Below, piece by piece: positions 1 through 15,639 of a stretch of DNA of 64,000 nucleotides. Positions within the stretch are counted from its first letter, which is position 1. Every line of letters starts with the position of its first letter. Both the position numbers and the translations under genes were made by a program. Source of the stretch: the human T2T-CHM13v2.0 reference genome, Homo sapiens; NCBI RefSeq assembly GCF_009914755.1, contig NC_060937.1, one strand, 5' to 3'. Below the pieces are notes generated by a model. The model saw only the letters and a list, made by a program, of their open reading frames with translations. It was not told the origin of the DNA and ran no database searches.

Positions 1-1167
1 AAAAATGCAGTCTCTACATTCAAATGGATCAAATCAGAAAAGAGAAGACAAAAAGACATAAGCAATCCTAATACAATGTGATTAGTCCCAGATGTCTGGA
101 CAAGACTCTCTGGAAGCAGAGAGGTGAGGAAAACTTGCCCATTTGCTGTTTGGAAGAGACCGAGGGAAAGGTCACAGAAGATTACTAGTTGAAGTGGTTT
201 GTATACTTGTATTGAAAAGGGCAGTTTTAAAGATACCGACCCTACATTATTTAATTCCCACATCTATCCTTACACTACTTAGGTATCTCTCTGTCAAGAA
301 TCAATCTTGTTCGAATTTTTTATTTCTCTATCCTAACTACTTCTCTTCCATATCCACCAACTTACTAAGGATTAGGTAAAATCTACTACTGACAGGAAAG
401 CCAAAAATAACAATGGCTTAAATGAGATGGAACAGATTTTCTCAGCTGGTGGGTCATAAAATGAACTGTTAATCAGAATCTGTAACACTAGTTTTTCCGT
501 CAGCATCACCTCTCCTGCCAAATGGTATTGAGTTGGGTTTGTACAAAGACAGTCCTTTCTGTTTCTAGGGTCAGACTGCAGCTCTACTTCCCATAGCTAT
601 ACTCAAAAGATTATAAGATGGGCCATTCAGAATGTTTATACTTATATCTGGGAAATCCAATTCCTACTGAAGTCTAAAGAGATCTGTGTCAGCTCTAGGT
701 GCTCTCTTTTGATGGGCTGGATTTGGCAAATGTACATTCTAGTCTGGGCTGAGGCTGGAGTTTTTGTCGTTGAAAAGGAAATAAAATCTTCTGCCTTTTG
801 CAAACTTTGACCAGAATTCATGAAGGAATAAATATATATTTATAAGCAATGATTACACATTAGCTGATGTTCAGAAAATTAAGAGAAGAGAAAGACTTTC
901 ACACAAAAGAAAAGCTTGTGCAAGACCTGAACCTTGAGAATGTACATGTTAATCATAGTAAATGCAAATTCCCAGTGCAAAGAGCAAAAATCAACTTTGG
1001 GCAATATTGGTTACAGTAAATATGAATGTTTTTCTCCTGATCACCAAACTGGATCGTATATAAAATGTAGTTGATGCTGAGGGTTGATAACTGAGTTATC
1101 AGCTTTCTGGTATGTTGGAGAAATCATGCATTTAGAACATAACACTGAGTTTATTAAATTCATCGTG

Positions 1168-1328
1168 TTTTTTTTTTAATTACTTTTTAGAGATGGGGTC
1201 TTACTCTGTTGGTCAAGCTGGAGTGCAATGGTGCTGTCACAGCTCACTGCAGCCTCCAACTCCTGGGCTCAAGCAATCCTCCCACATCATCCTCTTGAGT
1301 AGCTGAGACTACAGGCATAACCCCACTC
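1168..1328 (-). mobile_element. AluJ/FRAM-type single (right) monomer
   Basis: T-run followed by gagatggggtcttactctg...gctcactgcagcctccaactcctgggctcaagcaatcctccc...ctacaggc. Confidence 0.8.
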
Positions 1329-2889
1329 CTACTTTAAGTTTGCAGTTTAATTAGTAGCAAAGGCATTCATAGACCCTTAAAATTATAAAACGATATACAG
1401 TTGTTAAACAAGAAAAAGGAGAGATAGACAGACAGACAGAGAACTATTCAAAACTCCAAACTTCCAATATTGAACATCTCTGGATGTTTGTGGATACTGT
1501 AAGTTTTTCATATTTTTGTTAAAAAAAAAAAAAAGCAAACATCACTAACAAGGAAGATAGTCCCAAAGAGTTCTGGACTGATTAGAAATCCAGAGAGTAG
1601 CTGATTCTTGCCTCATATGAACTAGAACAAGTTTGAGGAACTAACAAATAAAATTTTTTCCTGAAATCACATGCTTGTTTTTCCATAAGACAACAATTAA
1701 AGAAAAAAATTGAAAAGAAAAAAATGGTAATTTGCATCATTCTTTTGGAATTTTGAGGAACATTGAATTTATTTATTTATTTATTTATTTTTGCTAAAGA
1801 GTTATTAGAAGACACTGTCCATTTTTTCAAACACCAGAGGCTCCTGCAGCTCAAAATTATGCTGACCTCCTCTGGCTCCCAGGATTCTGCTTGATCTTAG
1901 CTGTCCTGTTTTGATTCAGTAGCTCCCAGAATAATCCCAAATGCACATCATCACAGGGCTCTGAAAGCTCCATAATTAATGAGGAGGTGGGTGCTATTTT
2001 TCTTTCTCTACATGTTTTGACATTATTCTGGGCATTGTTTGATGCATGAAGGAGGCTTTACGTAAATAGTAAAAAAGCTGTTTTAGTTTTACTGTCACTC
2101 AGTTTTTATCCCTGTAATAAAACAGTAATGCAGAATGAATGGCTCAAAACTGAAATGAAATGAAGATGGCAAAGTAAAATAGTATCCCAAAAGTTAGAAA
2201 ATTAATTCATTTGGTATGATGTAATTATTAAATAAATTTTACAGAAGCTTCTCTTTGCAGTGAAGAAATAGTCAAATTCAAATGTATCATAGGACTTTCC
2301 TTAGATGACACATAAAGATGTATGTGCCAAAAGTATGATCTATGTAAGTGAAGACTCTGAGCAGAGAAATTAAAACATGTAGCTTTCATTTTTGTTAAAG
2401 AATCTTCAAAGAGAATTTCACTGAAGCTAGTTGGATGTAGTAACATAGGGGAAAAAGTATTTCTAAATTGCATCTACATGTGCAAACTAAAAGGCATACT
2501 TAGGAATCATCTGTACAAACTAAAGCAAAAAATATAAAGGTTTCATCTTTGTGTCATTATCTGAACATATAAATATTTTTAATGGGAGGAAGCTATCTTA
2601 GATAACTGGCTCTGAATTCATTTGAATAATTATATATAGTTTAAATAAGGGTTTCTTCATTTGAATAACCAAACTAACAATAAGTGAATCAAAACAAAAT
2701 GTATTTTTCTTATGTAAACTAAGCCCTGCAGTGAACAGCATGGGGCTGATGTGGTAGCTCTGTAATCAGTGTAACCCAGGCTCTTTCTTACTGCTCTGCT
2801 ATCCTGTAATGTGACTACCTATGGGCCCAAGGTATTTGAGTGAGCCTGACCATCACATCTTTCCAGCCAGAAGTAAAAAAAGAGGCCAG

Positions 2890-3456
<567 letters not shown>

Positions 3457-5855
3457 AAAACGGAGATTGCCCTTACCTTTAAATGCACTTCCCAGAAACT
3501 GCATACTCGCTTTCTGCTTGTATTGAATCTGGAATGCAGACAGCCATGCCAGGCTATAGAAATATGGTCTCTATTCTGAGCAGCCCAGGGCTAAACTAAA
3601 AAATCGGGGCTTCTGTTACCAAGAAAGAATGGGGTTAGAAAGTGAGGACAACCGGTTCTCTATGTCTCAGTTACTGTTGTTTCTTTTTCACCAGTTGTGA
3701 CATTTTCCCCCTTTTATGCAAATGACTGAAGGTTTTTTAGTTTGATGAATAATAATGATATTTTTTGTTACCGGATAGACACAGATCCTCATAGGGTAAA
3801 GACATGAATTGATCCATTACTCAACCCCAAGTTTCATTTTCAAAAACAAAAATTTAAATGTTGTGTGACATAGTTTGAGCCATAATATTCTTTCTGTCTT
3901 TTATTTACTTATACCTAGAATTTTATCAGAATTTAATGCACGTAACAACCTCTTTGACTTTCAAAGTTACTCACTCTATTTGCTTATTCTTTTATTTATC
4001 ATTTAATGACATTTACTAAATTTGAGACACTCTGTTAGACATTCAACTCTGTGATCTTACAGATAGTTCACCAAATGCATTTCAAGGCCAATGAAGGATA
4101 TTAACAAAAATTAAGGCTTGTGTGATAATTTCATTGGAAAGTTTCATCTGAACAAAGATGAAGCAGGGTCAATGCAACCCTTAGGGTTGTTATGCAGAAG
4201 ATAAGAAATAAAGAAAAAGAGGAAAAAACATTGCAGATATTTGGGTAACTTTGAAATAACAGGAGTTCAGATGTATTTCAGAATAGGACCAAGAGAAGAA
4301 AAGTAAAGACTGTGTATATTATACATATCCATTATCTACTTGCATAAACAACTATTACACTTTGAATATTTTCCCTCTTACTATAATATTGGAACCAATG
4401 AATTGTGGAGAAATATAAAGAAGAGTATGAAGAATAAAATGATCACTATTCACCATTCTCTCACCCAGGAGAAAACCACTAACTACTGTTAATATTTTAT
4501 TATGTGTTATTTTAGTATTTTACATTCATTTACAGTTGTGCACATTTTGGGGAGTTAATATTTTACATGCTATTTTGCAAGTCAACTATTCTTTTTGCAA
4601 ATTACTTTCTGTCAAGTAACATGAGAAAATTCTCAAAATATAGTACTGATATTTTTGTCTTACAAAGCATTACTTAATGATTGCATAATATTTTACATGT
4701 GTCCATTTCATAATTTATCCAGTTCCATGTTGGAGAAACTGGGTATCATTGTGTCTAGAATGCATGATGACATTTTTACTTTAAGTAATTTTAAATCTAA
4801 CTTAACCTTCAGTTTTTTTCATTTGTGAAGTCGACTAATACGCTCTCTCATGAGAATGTGATAAAGATCAAAAGCAGTGCCTAATTCATAGTAAAGACTC
4901 AATATCTACGAACATATTTCTTTGGACATAAGAATATTTCTATTTTTATGTTATCCTAAACAACTCGTTGGACCAGAACATTGTTGGAACATGGTGAAAA
5001 CTTTCATTGTGTTCAATTATGCATCCATGCATTCATTCCTTTATTCAAGGAATATTTATTAAGCATGTATTTGTTTGCCAGATAATTTTAAATTTTACAG
5101 TAAGCCTCTTATGCACTTAATAAGAAACAGTTATTAAAGTTTTGACTAAAATTTTTAACTGCAATTATAATAATGTCAACTAGTCAAATAAATGTTATTT
5201 AACACATCCAGTAAAGATTCTATGAAAGGATCAGATTCTAGAAAATGTAAAATAATTTTAAATTTGACTGTGACTATGAAAATATTCTTTCTACAGATAT
5301 TTCCTAATATTCAAATTCTTGTTTTGATCATTTAGATGACATAAGTGTCACTTTCCTATGTGTGTCAGGGCAAAATGCAGTGGAGTAAAAGTGTCACTTT
5401 CAAAGCTATTTCTATACAATCATAGTGCTTTGGAGCTTAGACACTGTGACCCCCCTTCTTTTACTCTTCCTAATCATCTGTTTGAAAGCTCTGTCAAGAG
5501 AAAGGAATCAATATAGTACATTTATTCTTTGCTTTATTATTACTGTTTTTTGCATAAAGAGATAGGTTCCTTGGAAAATCTGCAAATATCTGATCAGATC
5601 TCCAGGGTAGAATGTTTAATAATGAATAAAATGACCTCAGGGTGGAGGTTTCATCTACAAAGGGTCAACTGCCTCCTTGCCTCTTGTCCTGCTCCCTTGC
5701 CTAACCTGTTCCACACTGCAGAGGGGTCTTTCTGAATTTCACATCCCTCCATGACTCTCTTTGGAGGATCTGCATCTACTCCTTCTTCACTGTCTCTCTT
5801 GCTGATTCCAAAATGTGACTCGGCCTCAGAATTACCACGGGTAGTTTTTAAAGAC

Positions 5856-5980
5856 ACAGATCCTCAAGCTCCTGCCAGAAACATTGAATCACAATCATCA
5901 TGTTTGGGGCTTGGGAATTGTTATTTCTAAAAAGTTTTCTAGGTGATTTTGATGTGGTCCAAAGACTTACATTTGGAAAG
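5856..5980. mobile_element. MER5A-like hAT-Charlie fragment
   Basis: gaatcacaatc...ggggcttgggaattg...ttctaggtgattttgatg pattern. Confidence 0.45.
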
Positions 5981-6249
5981 TTTTGGGCTATTGTCAGGGT
6001 CTGTGAAGCCATCCCCCTTCCTCCCCATGGCCTGAAATCTGCCTCCTCCTTCTTCATCTGTTGCTATCCCCAGACCCTTTGTGCCAGCCACATGCCAGCC
6101 TTAGTAATGAAAAATGGCACTTCTGCAGTGTACCTTTCGGATAGGACTTCTGCTATATAGAGAAGCACTATATAAGTTAATATACTTAATGCATTACGTT
6201 AAATGATTCTTATAATCTATTTTGGCTAGGATAGCAAAGTAGCCTAAAC

Positions 6250-6539
6250 AGCTAGGAGGCTGGGAAATCCAAGATCAAGGTGCCAGCACATTGTGTCTGG
6301 TGAAGTCTTTCTTCCATTTTAATAGATGGGTTCTCTTTTCTGTGTTCTCATATGGCGGAAGGGGGAGCAAGCTATCTCTGGGGTCTCTTTTACAAGGGCA
6401 CTAATCCCACTCATGAGATCCCCACCCTCATGACCTAATTGTCTCCCAAACGCTCTACCTCCTAATATTAAGACCATCAAATTGAAGATTAGGTTTTAAC
6501 ATGGGGATTACGGGGGACACAAACATTCAACCTGTAGCA
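6250..6539 (-). mobile_element. MLT1A/MSTD-type MaLR LTR
   Basis: ggaggctgggaaatccaagatcaaggtgccagca...aagggcactaatcccactcatgag...ggggacacaaacattcaacctgtagca. Confidence 0.8.
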
Positions 6540-6634
6540 ATAACATGTATACAATGTGTTAGAATCATGTCTGACATATAGGGAAACATATAAAGAATGT
6601 TAATGCTAAAATATGTTAAAGGTAAAAATAAATT

Positions 6635-6707
6635 GATAGAGATGGACAGAAAGATAGATAGATACATAGATACACAGATACAAAGATAGATACAGAGATA
6701 GGTAGAT
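6635..6707. repeat. Degenerate (GATA)n microsatellite
   Basis: gatagatagatacatagatacacagatacaaagatagatac. Confidence 0.8.
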
Positions 6708-6719
6708 CAATAATACATG

Positions 6720-6800
6720 TATTATTTCAGTTAATCCTCACATAAACCCTGTGAAGTACATACCATTATTTTCCCCATTTTTTAGAGTAGGAAACTAAAA
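6720..6800 (-). mobile_element. MIR core fragment
   Basis: taatcctcacataaaccctgtgaagt...ccccattttttagagtaggaaact. Confidence 0.6.
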
Positions 6801-7617
6801 TGCTTTTCATACAATTGGAAAAAAAAGTGTAATCCAATGCTGGATATTTGTAATTCCTTAAATGTGGTAATGCCTTCTGTTACCTGGGTGATAAAGGTGA
6901 GAAATTCATGTGATGCCTTCTCTCCTCTAACTCCCTGACAAGTGTCCTTCTATGTAGTCCCTTTTCACACCTCATAGGTTGTACATGTCTGTTTTATCTG
7001 TCAGAATGACCCATAGGATTATATATTTCTTGAGTGCAGGGACCATGTGTTATTGGTAAATGCATTGCCAGAGCCTATACTGAATCTGATACAGGGTTTG
7101 TGTTGAGTAATTGTTACATAATAAAAGGAGCAACTACTCTGAAAACCACCGCTGCTCACCTGCTGGTAATTCGAATCTCAGGCATAGAACCTCAAGAAGA
7201 ACTCATGATCAGAGCAAGAAGATTCTCCAGCACTAGCCTCAGCCATTCACAGTGACTTTCTAGAACACAGTTTTTAAAAGGATTCTAAGATAAAGTCTGG
7301 GCTCAGTGCCGAAAAACTTTCACCCACCTCACCTATGGTGTGGAGATAGGGGGAGATGAAGATATACGTGCTATGCTGCCATCAAGCAGCAATAATGTCA
7401 GACTGGAATTTCAATTATTTCAGACAGAGCAACCTATGGTGATCATTAAATTGAAGACTGGTCGTTCTTTAGGCTGTATTTATAAGGAGGCTTGGTTAAA
7501 GTAGAATCCAAGACTCTGATTTAGTCAAGCTTTCTTTGATATTTGGTGCCAGTCCTAAATGAAGTGGAATTTGAAGAATGAAAATACAAAGAGTCAGTTT
7601 TCCACAGAACTAAACTT

Positions 7618-7686
7618 TATATATGTATATATGTGTGTGTGTATATATATATACACACATATATATATATGTATATATATATATAT
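7618..7686. repeat. (TA)n/(TG)n/(CA)n compound microsatellite
   Basis: Directly visible dinucleotide runs. Confidence 0.9.
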
Positions 7687-8315
7687 TCTTTTCTTTGTAT
7701 AAAATATGTAAAGAAATAATGTGGAAAAGTACAGGTATAAATAAATGTAAAGCACACCTTTGAAAGGCACACACATGAAATGAATTTTTATATCATGGAA
7801 ATGTACATTTTTGGTTTAAAATATATAAGAAAAATGCAATGACACTGTTATTGACAAAATATGATAATATTTTATCATCTTAATGTTTTATGCTCAAATG
7901 AATTCTAGCACTCATTTCATTAAATAAGAACAAATTTGGATTATGTTATTCAGATCAAAACATAATTCTACCCTCATGACATTGAAAGGACAGTAATGTC
8001 TGCCTTTTTTTTTTAATTTACTTTGTTCTCTGCCCTTCATGTGCAGTGAAATTTGATATTTACACAGGAGCAAAGAAAGAAAAGTGCTGTTTTTTGATGA
8101 AACACTGTGACTTTCAGGGCCTGCATGTGTGTGAATTAGGCCAAGCTTTTAGGGACTCATCTAGGATAATATCTCATGAGGATAAAATGTACAGTTGGGA
8201 GAAAAACATAGGATGTGAAATTTTGTGTAATGTCACAGGAGGTACTATTTGCATATCGTTCAAAAGTGGAGATGTGGCCTATGGTAACATCTTGTCAGTA
8301 AAGAAACCACAGTTG

Positions 8316-8612
8316 GGCTGGGTACAGTGGCTCACACCTGTAGCCCCTGCACTTTGGGAGGCTGAGGTAGGAGAATTGCTTGAGGCCAAGAAATCCAGAC
8401 AAGCCTGGGCAACATAGCAAGACCCATCTCTACAACAATTTTTTTTTTTTTTTTAATTAGCCAAGCATGATGGTGCATGCCTGTTCCTAGCTACTTGGGA
8501 AGCTGAGGCATGAGGATTCCTCGAGCCCATGAGTTTGAGGCTACAGTAAGCTATAATCATGCCACTGCATTCCAGCCTCAGTGATAGAGCAAGACCCTGT
8601 CAAAAGAAAAAG
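8316..8612 (+). mobile_element. AluJ (Jo-like) with T16 in the central linker
   Basis: ggctgggtacagtggctcacacctgta...gcctgggcaacatagcaagaccc...T16...gagtttgaggctacagt...agcaagaccctgtc. Confidence 0.88.
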
Positions 8613-8729
8613 AGGGAGAAAAGAAAGAAAGAAAGGGAGAGGGGAGAGAGAGAGAAAGGAAAAAAAAGCGGGAGGGAGGAGGAAGGAAGGAAGGAAGGAA
8701 AGAAGGAAGGAAGGAAGGAAGGAAGGAAG
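8613..8729 (+). repeat. Purine-rich tail ending in (GGAA)5-AGAA-(GGAA)6
   Basis: Directly visible; GGAA units at 8681-8728. Confidence 0.9.
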
Positions 8730-9699
8730 TTAGTTCTCAGTGCGTGAACATTTGTTATATTTTACTGATATTTTTAAAAGCTTATTACTTCATTGATTTT
8801 TTTTTCTTCTCTACTAAAATCAGAATGGACACAATAGAAAGATGAACACATATAGTTGTGCATTCTCATCTGACTGGCTAAGCATCCTTAAGAACTCAAT
8901 ATAGAACAGTGAAAAATTCCAAATCACTATCACATTTCAGAATAAAAGGGAATCATATGATGAAATTATTAGAAAATATTTTAAGTTTATTCACTCAGTT
9001 AATTTAAGAAATATTGCTTAGGAAGAAAAATAGACATTATTCTCCTGCTCTCTTCTAGAACAAGTAACTCTAGAATACAAAGTTTATTATGTATGAGGTC
9101 ACTGTACTTTATTTCTAATATCCTTAACTATTAATAAAACATCATAATCATTGTTTTCTCTACCACACTATTTTATCCTTTGTTTGAGAGTAGATGTTCA
9201 ACAGATAAATTATTTTACAACTTTATGAAGCTTCTTCCAATTGTATATCAACAAATTTTTCCTTCCTTTTGAATTCCAAGCATGTCTTCTTAATTTCTAT
9301 TCACAATTGACTTATAGGAAGTTCCATAAAGTATTTTTATGCCATTCTGTAGTGGTAGTCATGTTTTAGGGGCTGCTTCCAAGGATATGAGGTGATTGTC
9401 AAGGTACACAACTGTAGCCATCAGAGCACTTTTCAACACACAGGAAATAGTAAAGAAGGAAGGGAAGGGTGATTACTGAGATGTGTTCTCAAGTTCTGTC
9501 AAGTGAAATTGCTTGGATAAATCACCATTACCCATCACCTACAGGATAATGGATGTCTTAGTATGTGTAATGATATAACATCACTCTTTATAAACATTAA
9601 ACTTAGAATTGACATGTTTTTTAATTTCATAAGTCTGAAGATTTTAAAAACATTCTCTCTGTACATAAGTCCTAGAACTAGCTTTGTGTATTTCCATAA

Positions 9700-9965
9700 A
9701 ACTATATATACATACATGTGGCATATACATAAACATATATATAATACATCATATTTATATAGTTTATATAGACATCTTTATGGTATATTTACACATATAC
9801 CCCTCTTATACATACATAGTTTACATAATTTATATATGTATAGTTTATATGTGTGTATATATGTTTTTATGAATAGATTCATATGTAAATGTATTTTTAG
9901 TTTACAGAGATATGTGTGTATATATATATATATATATGTGGGTGTGGGTGTGTGTGTTATATATG
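9700..9965. repeat. TA-rich low-complexity region with (TA)n and TG runs
   Basis: Directly visible; source of the spurious Y/I-rich ORFs. Confidence 0.8.
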
Positions 9966-11027
9966 TTTGTTTTTATAGGTCCTGCTTTATATCAACATAC
10001 TTCTTTTTATGTTTTATTTTTGTATTTAAGATAATGTTAATTATTAAAATCACAATCTACTGTATAAACAAGGTGAGAAAGAATGTACCTTTTCAGTGAA
10101 ATAGAAGGGTAGAGCTGGTTCCTTCACATAGAAGTATAGCTTGTTTGATTAGGTCAATTTAATTGTGTACTTTATTATAGAGGCAGGGCTTTTATATAAC
10201 TTTACATAACATTCTACTTTTGGTTCTATATCCACCAAAGCAATTAGAGAAGTTTGTTGATTTAATATCCTAACAGAATATTTTCCTTGCTTTTATTTTA
10301 GACCAATGGTTGCACTCAAGGTTAATTCAAGGTATCAGGAAGGTGTGACTGTGACAATGTTTAGTGATGACAGGGGCAAATCAATGCAAGATCAGTGGCC
10401 TGGATATTGATTATTATCATGAGATCTTGGTGAGATGAAGTCATTATTTAATTAGACTTTTAGTTATACTAATACATGATTCTCAGAATAGACTGTCCTT
10501 AGCTCTGATGTTGGCAGTTCCATCATCACTTATAAATTTAAAAGGACGGTGTATAGAAAATTTAGAGAAATGTTAGAATAGACACATAGGAAAATTATAA
10601 GTGCTAGGCTTCATTTTCTGTGCAAGGAACACAAGTAGTTTGTCTCTAAACTCATCATTTCTCAGATCTCCTTAGTTAATATTAGCAGGCCTCATTGAGA
10701 ATTCTATAAAATTATCATGAAGATGATCACATCTGATTTCTTTTTGAACGGAAACTACTTAGTAAAGTTAACTTTGGTTTTGGAGCAATTTCAATAAGCC
10801 CTTAGAGCTAGGAAATGGTAGTTGATTAGATTTTTTCCTTACTCATAGCTTTCAAATGCTAAGTCTGAAAACTAATAATGAAATTTCTCACCTGCATTAT
10901 GGCAAAGGAAACACGTCCTCTATATATGTACAACTACTTTTGCCATGTAAATAGATGTATTTGCATCCTATTCTTTTGTCGTATCTATTTTTTAAAGTAA
11001 TTAAAAGCAATTCTAATTCATGAGCAT

Positions 11028-11337
11028 TCTTTCTTTCTTTTTTTTTTTTTTTGAAATGGAGTCTTGCTCTGTCGCCCAGGCTGAGAGCGCGGTGGCACAG
11101 TCTCAGCTCACTGCAACCTCCGCCTCCTGGGTTCAAGTGATTCTCCTGCCTCAGCCTCCTGAGTAGCTGGAATTACAGGCATGCACCACCACACCCCGGT
11201 AATTTTTTTGTATTTTTAGTAGAAACGGTGTTTCACCATGTTGGCCAAACTGGTGCCAAACTCCTGACCTCAAATGATCCACCCGCCTCAGCCTCCCAAA
11301 GTGCTGAGATTACAGGCATGAGCCAGTGCACCCAGAC
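11028..11337 (-). mobile_element. AluS (Sz/Sx-like)
   Basis: Poly-T then a full reverse-complement Alu dimer. Confidence 0.9.
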
Positions 11338-12873
11338 TCTTATTTTTTCAAAATAAGCTATTTTCTCCTTTACTCATGAAGTATAAAAATAAACATCTCA
11401 TCTACTGAAATTTCTGGTTCAAATTTCATTTGCTTCTAAATCACTATTCATATGCATTCTGTGAATTAGTGCTATGAAAATTTAGTTGGACACGTATTTC
11501 TAAAATAATTCCTACTGTCCTTAAATCCAATTTAGCCATTACATGATTACTATGGTTTTATGAGGGAAAATTTCTTTTGGCTAAGTTGGCAACATTTTAA
11601 AAATAACACATTGTACAAAAAAGTACAGGAAAACCCCATACTGTATGTGGGAATATTTATATTTTCCTGAATACTGAGTAAATCCAAAGGAGATAAGCCA
11701 CTTTATTTTGTTTCCCAGATATCAAATGATGTGTTCTTTATTTTAATTAAAAGGCCACAGCAGCCTACTACAGTGAAAACAAAATACTTACGTTTATTAC
11801 AAGTTATTGAAAAACTGAAGAAAGCTTTTATTTTAAGAATTCTCATGGGAGAGAAGATTTTTCAAGTTAATATAAATAAATTATAATTTTTTCACAGAAT
11901 GATGCAAGAATCACACTTCTGTTTTCCTGTTTACAAATTTAAAATTTCCATTTAAGTAAGGGCATGAATCCAATCTATGTAACTCTTTATTCTTGGTAAG
12001 GTTTATTGCTATACCATAACCTCTTGCTCTGGGAATAGAATTACATCTATAGGAATATATTACCTTTACAAAATTACAATATTGCCTCATAGTTTTAATC
12101 TCAACTAATTAATTTAATATTTCTGAATAGATTTAGTTCTTCAGAAATTATAACATTGTGGATTGGTTATTTGTTCCTATAGAGCACATTTTTGGTTTTG
12201 CCCTAATAGTTCAATTCCCATTTCTTTTCCCAAAACCAGGTTAGGAATTATTGCTCATTGCTTATTCTAAAAGAAACTTTGATTCTGTTTTCCTTCTTTC
12301 TTTAAGGCAGAGGAGATGGAAATTAGGATATGTTCCATTAACAGCCCCACAAGCCAGGAAAGCATGAGTGAAAGTGTTAGTGCTGTGACTGAAGATAGTG
12401 GTTCTGTAAGGCTGACTCTAGTGCTCTCTATTGCTTGTCTTTGAGTTTAAAGAAGAGAGTTTTTCCCATTTGTTTAGCTGTTTTTTGTTTCCCTAATCTG
12501 TGCTACACGTTCATAGTTTTGGTACAATATCCAGTACGATTTTTAAATGGGCACACTTATTCATTTATTTCTTCATCTAATAAACTTTTATCAAACATAT
12601 ACCGTGAGTCAGTTTCTACACTGTATGCTGAGAATTCATAGTCTGTGCCCAGGCAAACCTTATGTTTTAGTGGTTCTGTAGGGTAGGTCTACTTTTGCAA
12701 AAGGTAAATAAGCTGTGGGCTTTCAGCAGAAATATCTTCTATATACCTGTTTTTGCCTGATTTCAGTTTGTTAGAACATGAGGTTGATATAATTTTTACT
12801 TATTTTTTAAAGTATTGCCATGATACACAAAATCATGGCCCCTGCATACCTTTCCTGTTTTGTCACTGTATAA

Positions 12874-13224
<351 letters not shown>

Positions 13225-15315
13225 ACAACTATTCTTAATCACTTGCATTTTCCATCAAGTTCTGTTGCCTCAGATCATCTGACCTTTCCCATACGTGTAA
13301 TATGGTTAACCTGGTATATGTTAATATCAAGTTGTTAAATTGTTCTAGGTACTAGTGAACTTAAACTTCAGTAATGGTATCAGAAACTTATCAAATAATC
13401 ATACAAATATATTTTCAATTATAGTTACATAATGATGGCATAAGAATTCAAAATATTTTTCTCTGAAACAAATTTTATAAAGATACCTTCTGAATATTAT
13501 TCATAAACCTCATAAAAATTACCTTGACAATAGCACTGGGGATAGGAAATGAATGTTTTTCTTGGGATTCATAATTCTACCCTAACAGAACAAATCTTAA
13601 GTAAAAATTGCCCCTTTGGAAACCTAGTGTTTGCCTATATTGTAGTCATCCCCAGAAAAGATGAGTGAAAAAGCAAATGAATGTGTTCCATTATGTCGAG
13701 ATATCCTAAGAAAACTTAGATTGTTTCCAGAAGATAGTTAAGGAATAATTTTAGTTTTATAAGTTCCAATAATAGTAATTTTAATCAATACATTGAAATT
13801 ATCACTTGTTATTTTTCTGCAGTTATTTCCTGGAACCATTTTTATTTGAAATCTGACACCTTTCCACAATCCCTTTGAAGATGTAGTACACAAGTGAATA
13901 GTTTACCATTAAAACTGTAATTTCCTTTAAAAATTTTTGGAATAGTATAATGGTGATTGTGTAATTAAAATTTCAAGGTGCACAAAGAGCCTACTACAGA
14001 AAACACGCTAAGGCTGAATTATGAATACAGGCCCCTTTGGGAAAAGCTTCTGATCGTTTCAGCTACTTCATTGTGTGGTTTGAGTATTTGCTCTGCAGAA
14101 AATATCATTCCTTTATGTCACACACTGTCTTTGAGATTATCAGACTTGGTTTCAATAAAACTTTTCGAGTGATGTAATGGCCTTCCTTTGTAGGCAAGTA
14201 CAGTGACATTCTAACATTGAGGCTTCGAGTCCTTAGGTGCATGGACCGGGGAGAATATTTTTCTTGGTGGTTAGTGCTTTCTTGTCTCCACTCACCTCTA
14301 CTTTTTCAAAACATTTAATAGTTGAAAAAAGCAAACTGCTCTGCTTATTAACTAAAACCACTCCAGGTCACAGTAGGAAGCCAATGTTATAGACCAAATA
14401 ACATTTCAAAATTCTGCAAAGTCCATGGCAACTGGTCTGAGAGGACAACTTAAAATAATAAAAGAGCATTCAAAGACTATGAGCTCATTTGGAAGTATGC
14501 TTTTACTCTTGAAATTGCATTTGTTTTTCTATGATATTTATTTAGGTGGAAGTTCGTAGGCTTGTCACTTTTCACAAAAATAGTTATACATATAGAATTG
14601 GGATTATAGGACATCTAAATTAGAAGAAAATAACCTGGTTTCTGATCTTGGGCTTGGCCACTAAGTTTTGAATGAAATCATCTATCTGTTGGTGAAGCAC
14701 AATTACCTCATGAGTGAAATAATGGAATTGTCTTAGAGATGTGGTGTTCAAACTGTGATCAACAGACACCTACTTCTTAGCAGAGGATCAAGGTCAAGTA
14801 GCTTCATAAGGGAACTGCAAATTCCTACACCCGTGTTATCCTGAACTTCTCCGTGTTTCCTCTTTTTAAAAAGTTCTCTTTTTAAGTAACATCTTTTACC
14901 AGTAGGTTTTGATGAATGAATGAATAAGTGAATGAATGAATGTTTTTATTGGCTCTTAAATGCCATAGGAGACATCACTTTGAGCTACATCTGTGCCTTT
15001 CACGTACAAAAAAGCCTAGAGTATATTTGCTACTCTCCTATTTTATGTATTAAAATCAACCAAGTTCTTCTCTTTGGTAGGATTACTAGAAGAAATTGGA
15101 CTTTCTTCTAAGCATCTTACCCCATTGGCTATGCATCGACTTTACCCAATTAGTCCCAACATAAAATAATGACTTGGTCAGGGGAAACTGAGGGCTGCTC
15201 TGCTCTTCGTGTCCAGAGCCCTAAGGCTATGGTAGAAGACCTCCTCTCCAAACCAAAAGAAGAAGAGTCTTTACCTCTTTTCTTGTCCATTATCACATCA
15301 GCATAAAAAGACATA

Positions 15316-15318
<3 letters not shown>

Positions 15319-15346
<28 letters not shown>
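15319..15346. repeat. (TG)14 microsatellite
   Basis: Directly counted. Confidence 0.95.
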
Positions 15347-15348
<2 letters not shown>

Positions 15349-15639
15349 TGCACGCTTGTGTATAAAACCTAGGAAACTACCAAGATTGCAATAATTTTGA
15401 TAAAGGAAGATGGAGGCAGTATCTTTGCTTTTTAGCAATATAGTAGTGAAGAAAGAGGTGATAATTAAAAGGAGTTGTTGTAGATATTTCCATGTTTGCT
15501 TTACACAAGGTAAATGTTCCATAAATGTTGCTGATAAATGACAGATTCTAAATGAGGAGACTGCAAGGGTCCTGCTGCATTAGCAACAAGTGAAGTTAAA
15601 CGTAAGGGAAAATCAAGAGAATCAGCGTTGAGACATGGT

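Noticed and set aside
7636-7659. Perfect 24-bp palindrome
   Set aside because: A trivial product of adjacent TG, TA and CA microsatellite runs.
9563-10099. 178-aa ORF
   Set aside because: Y/I-rich translation of TA low-complexity DNA.
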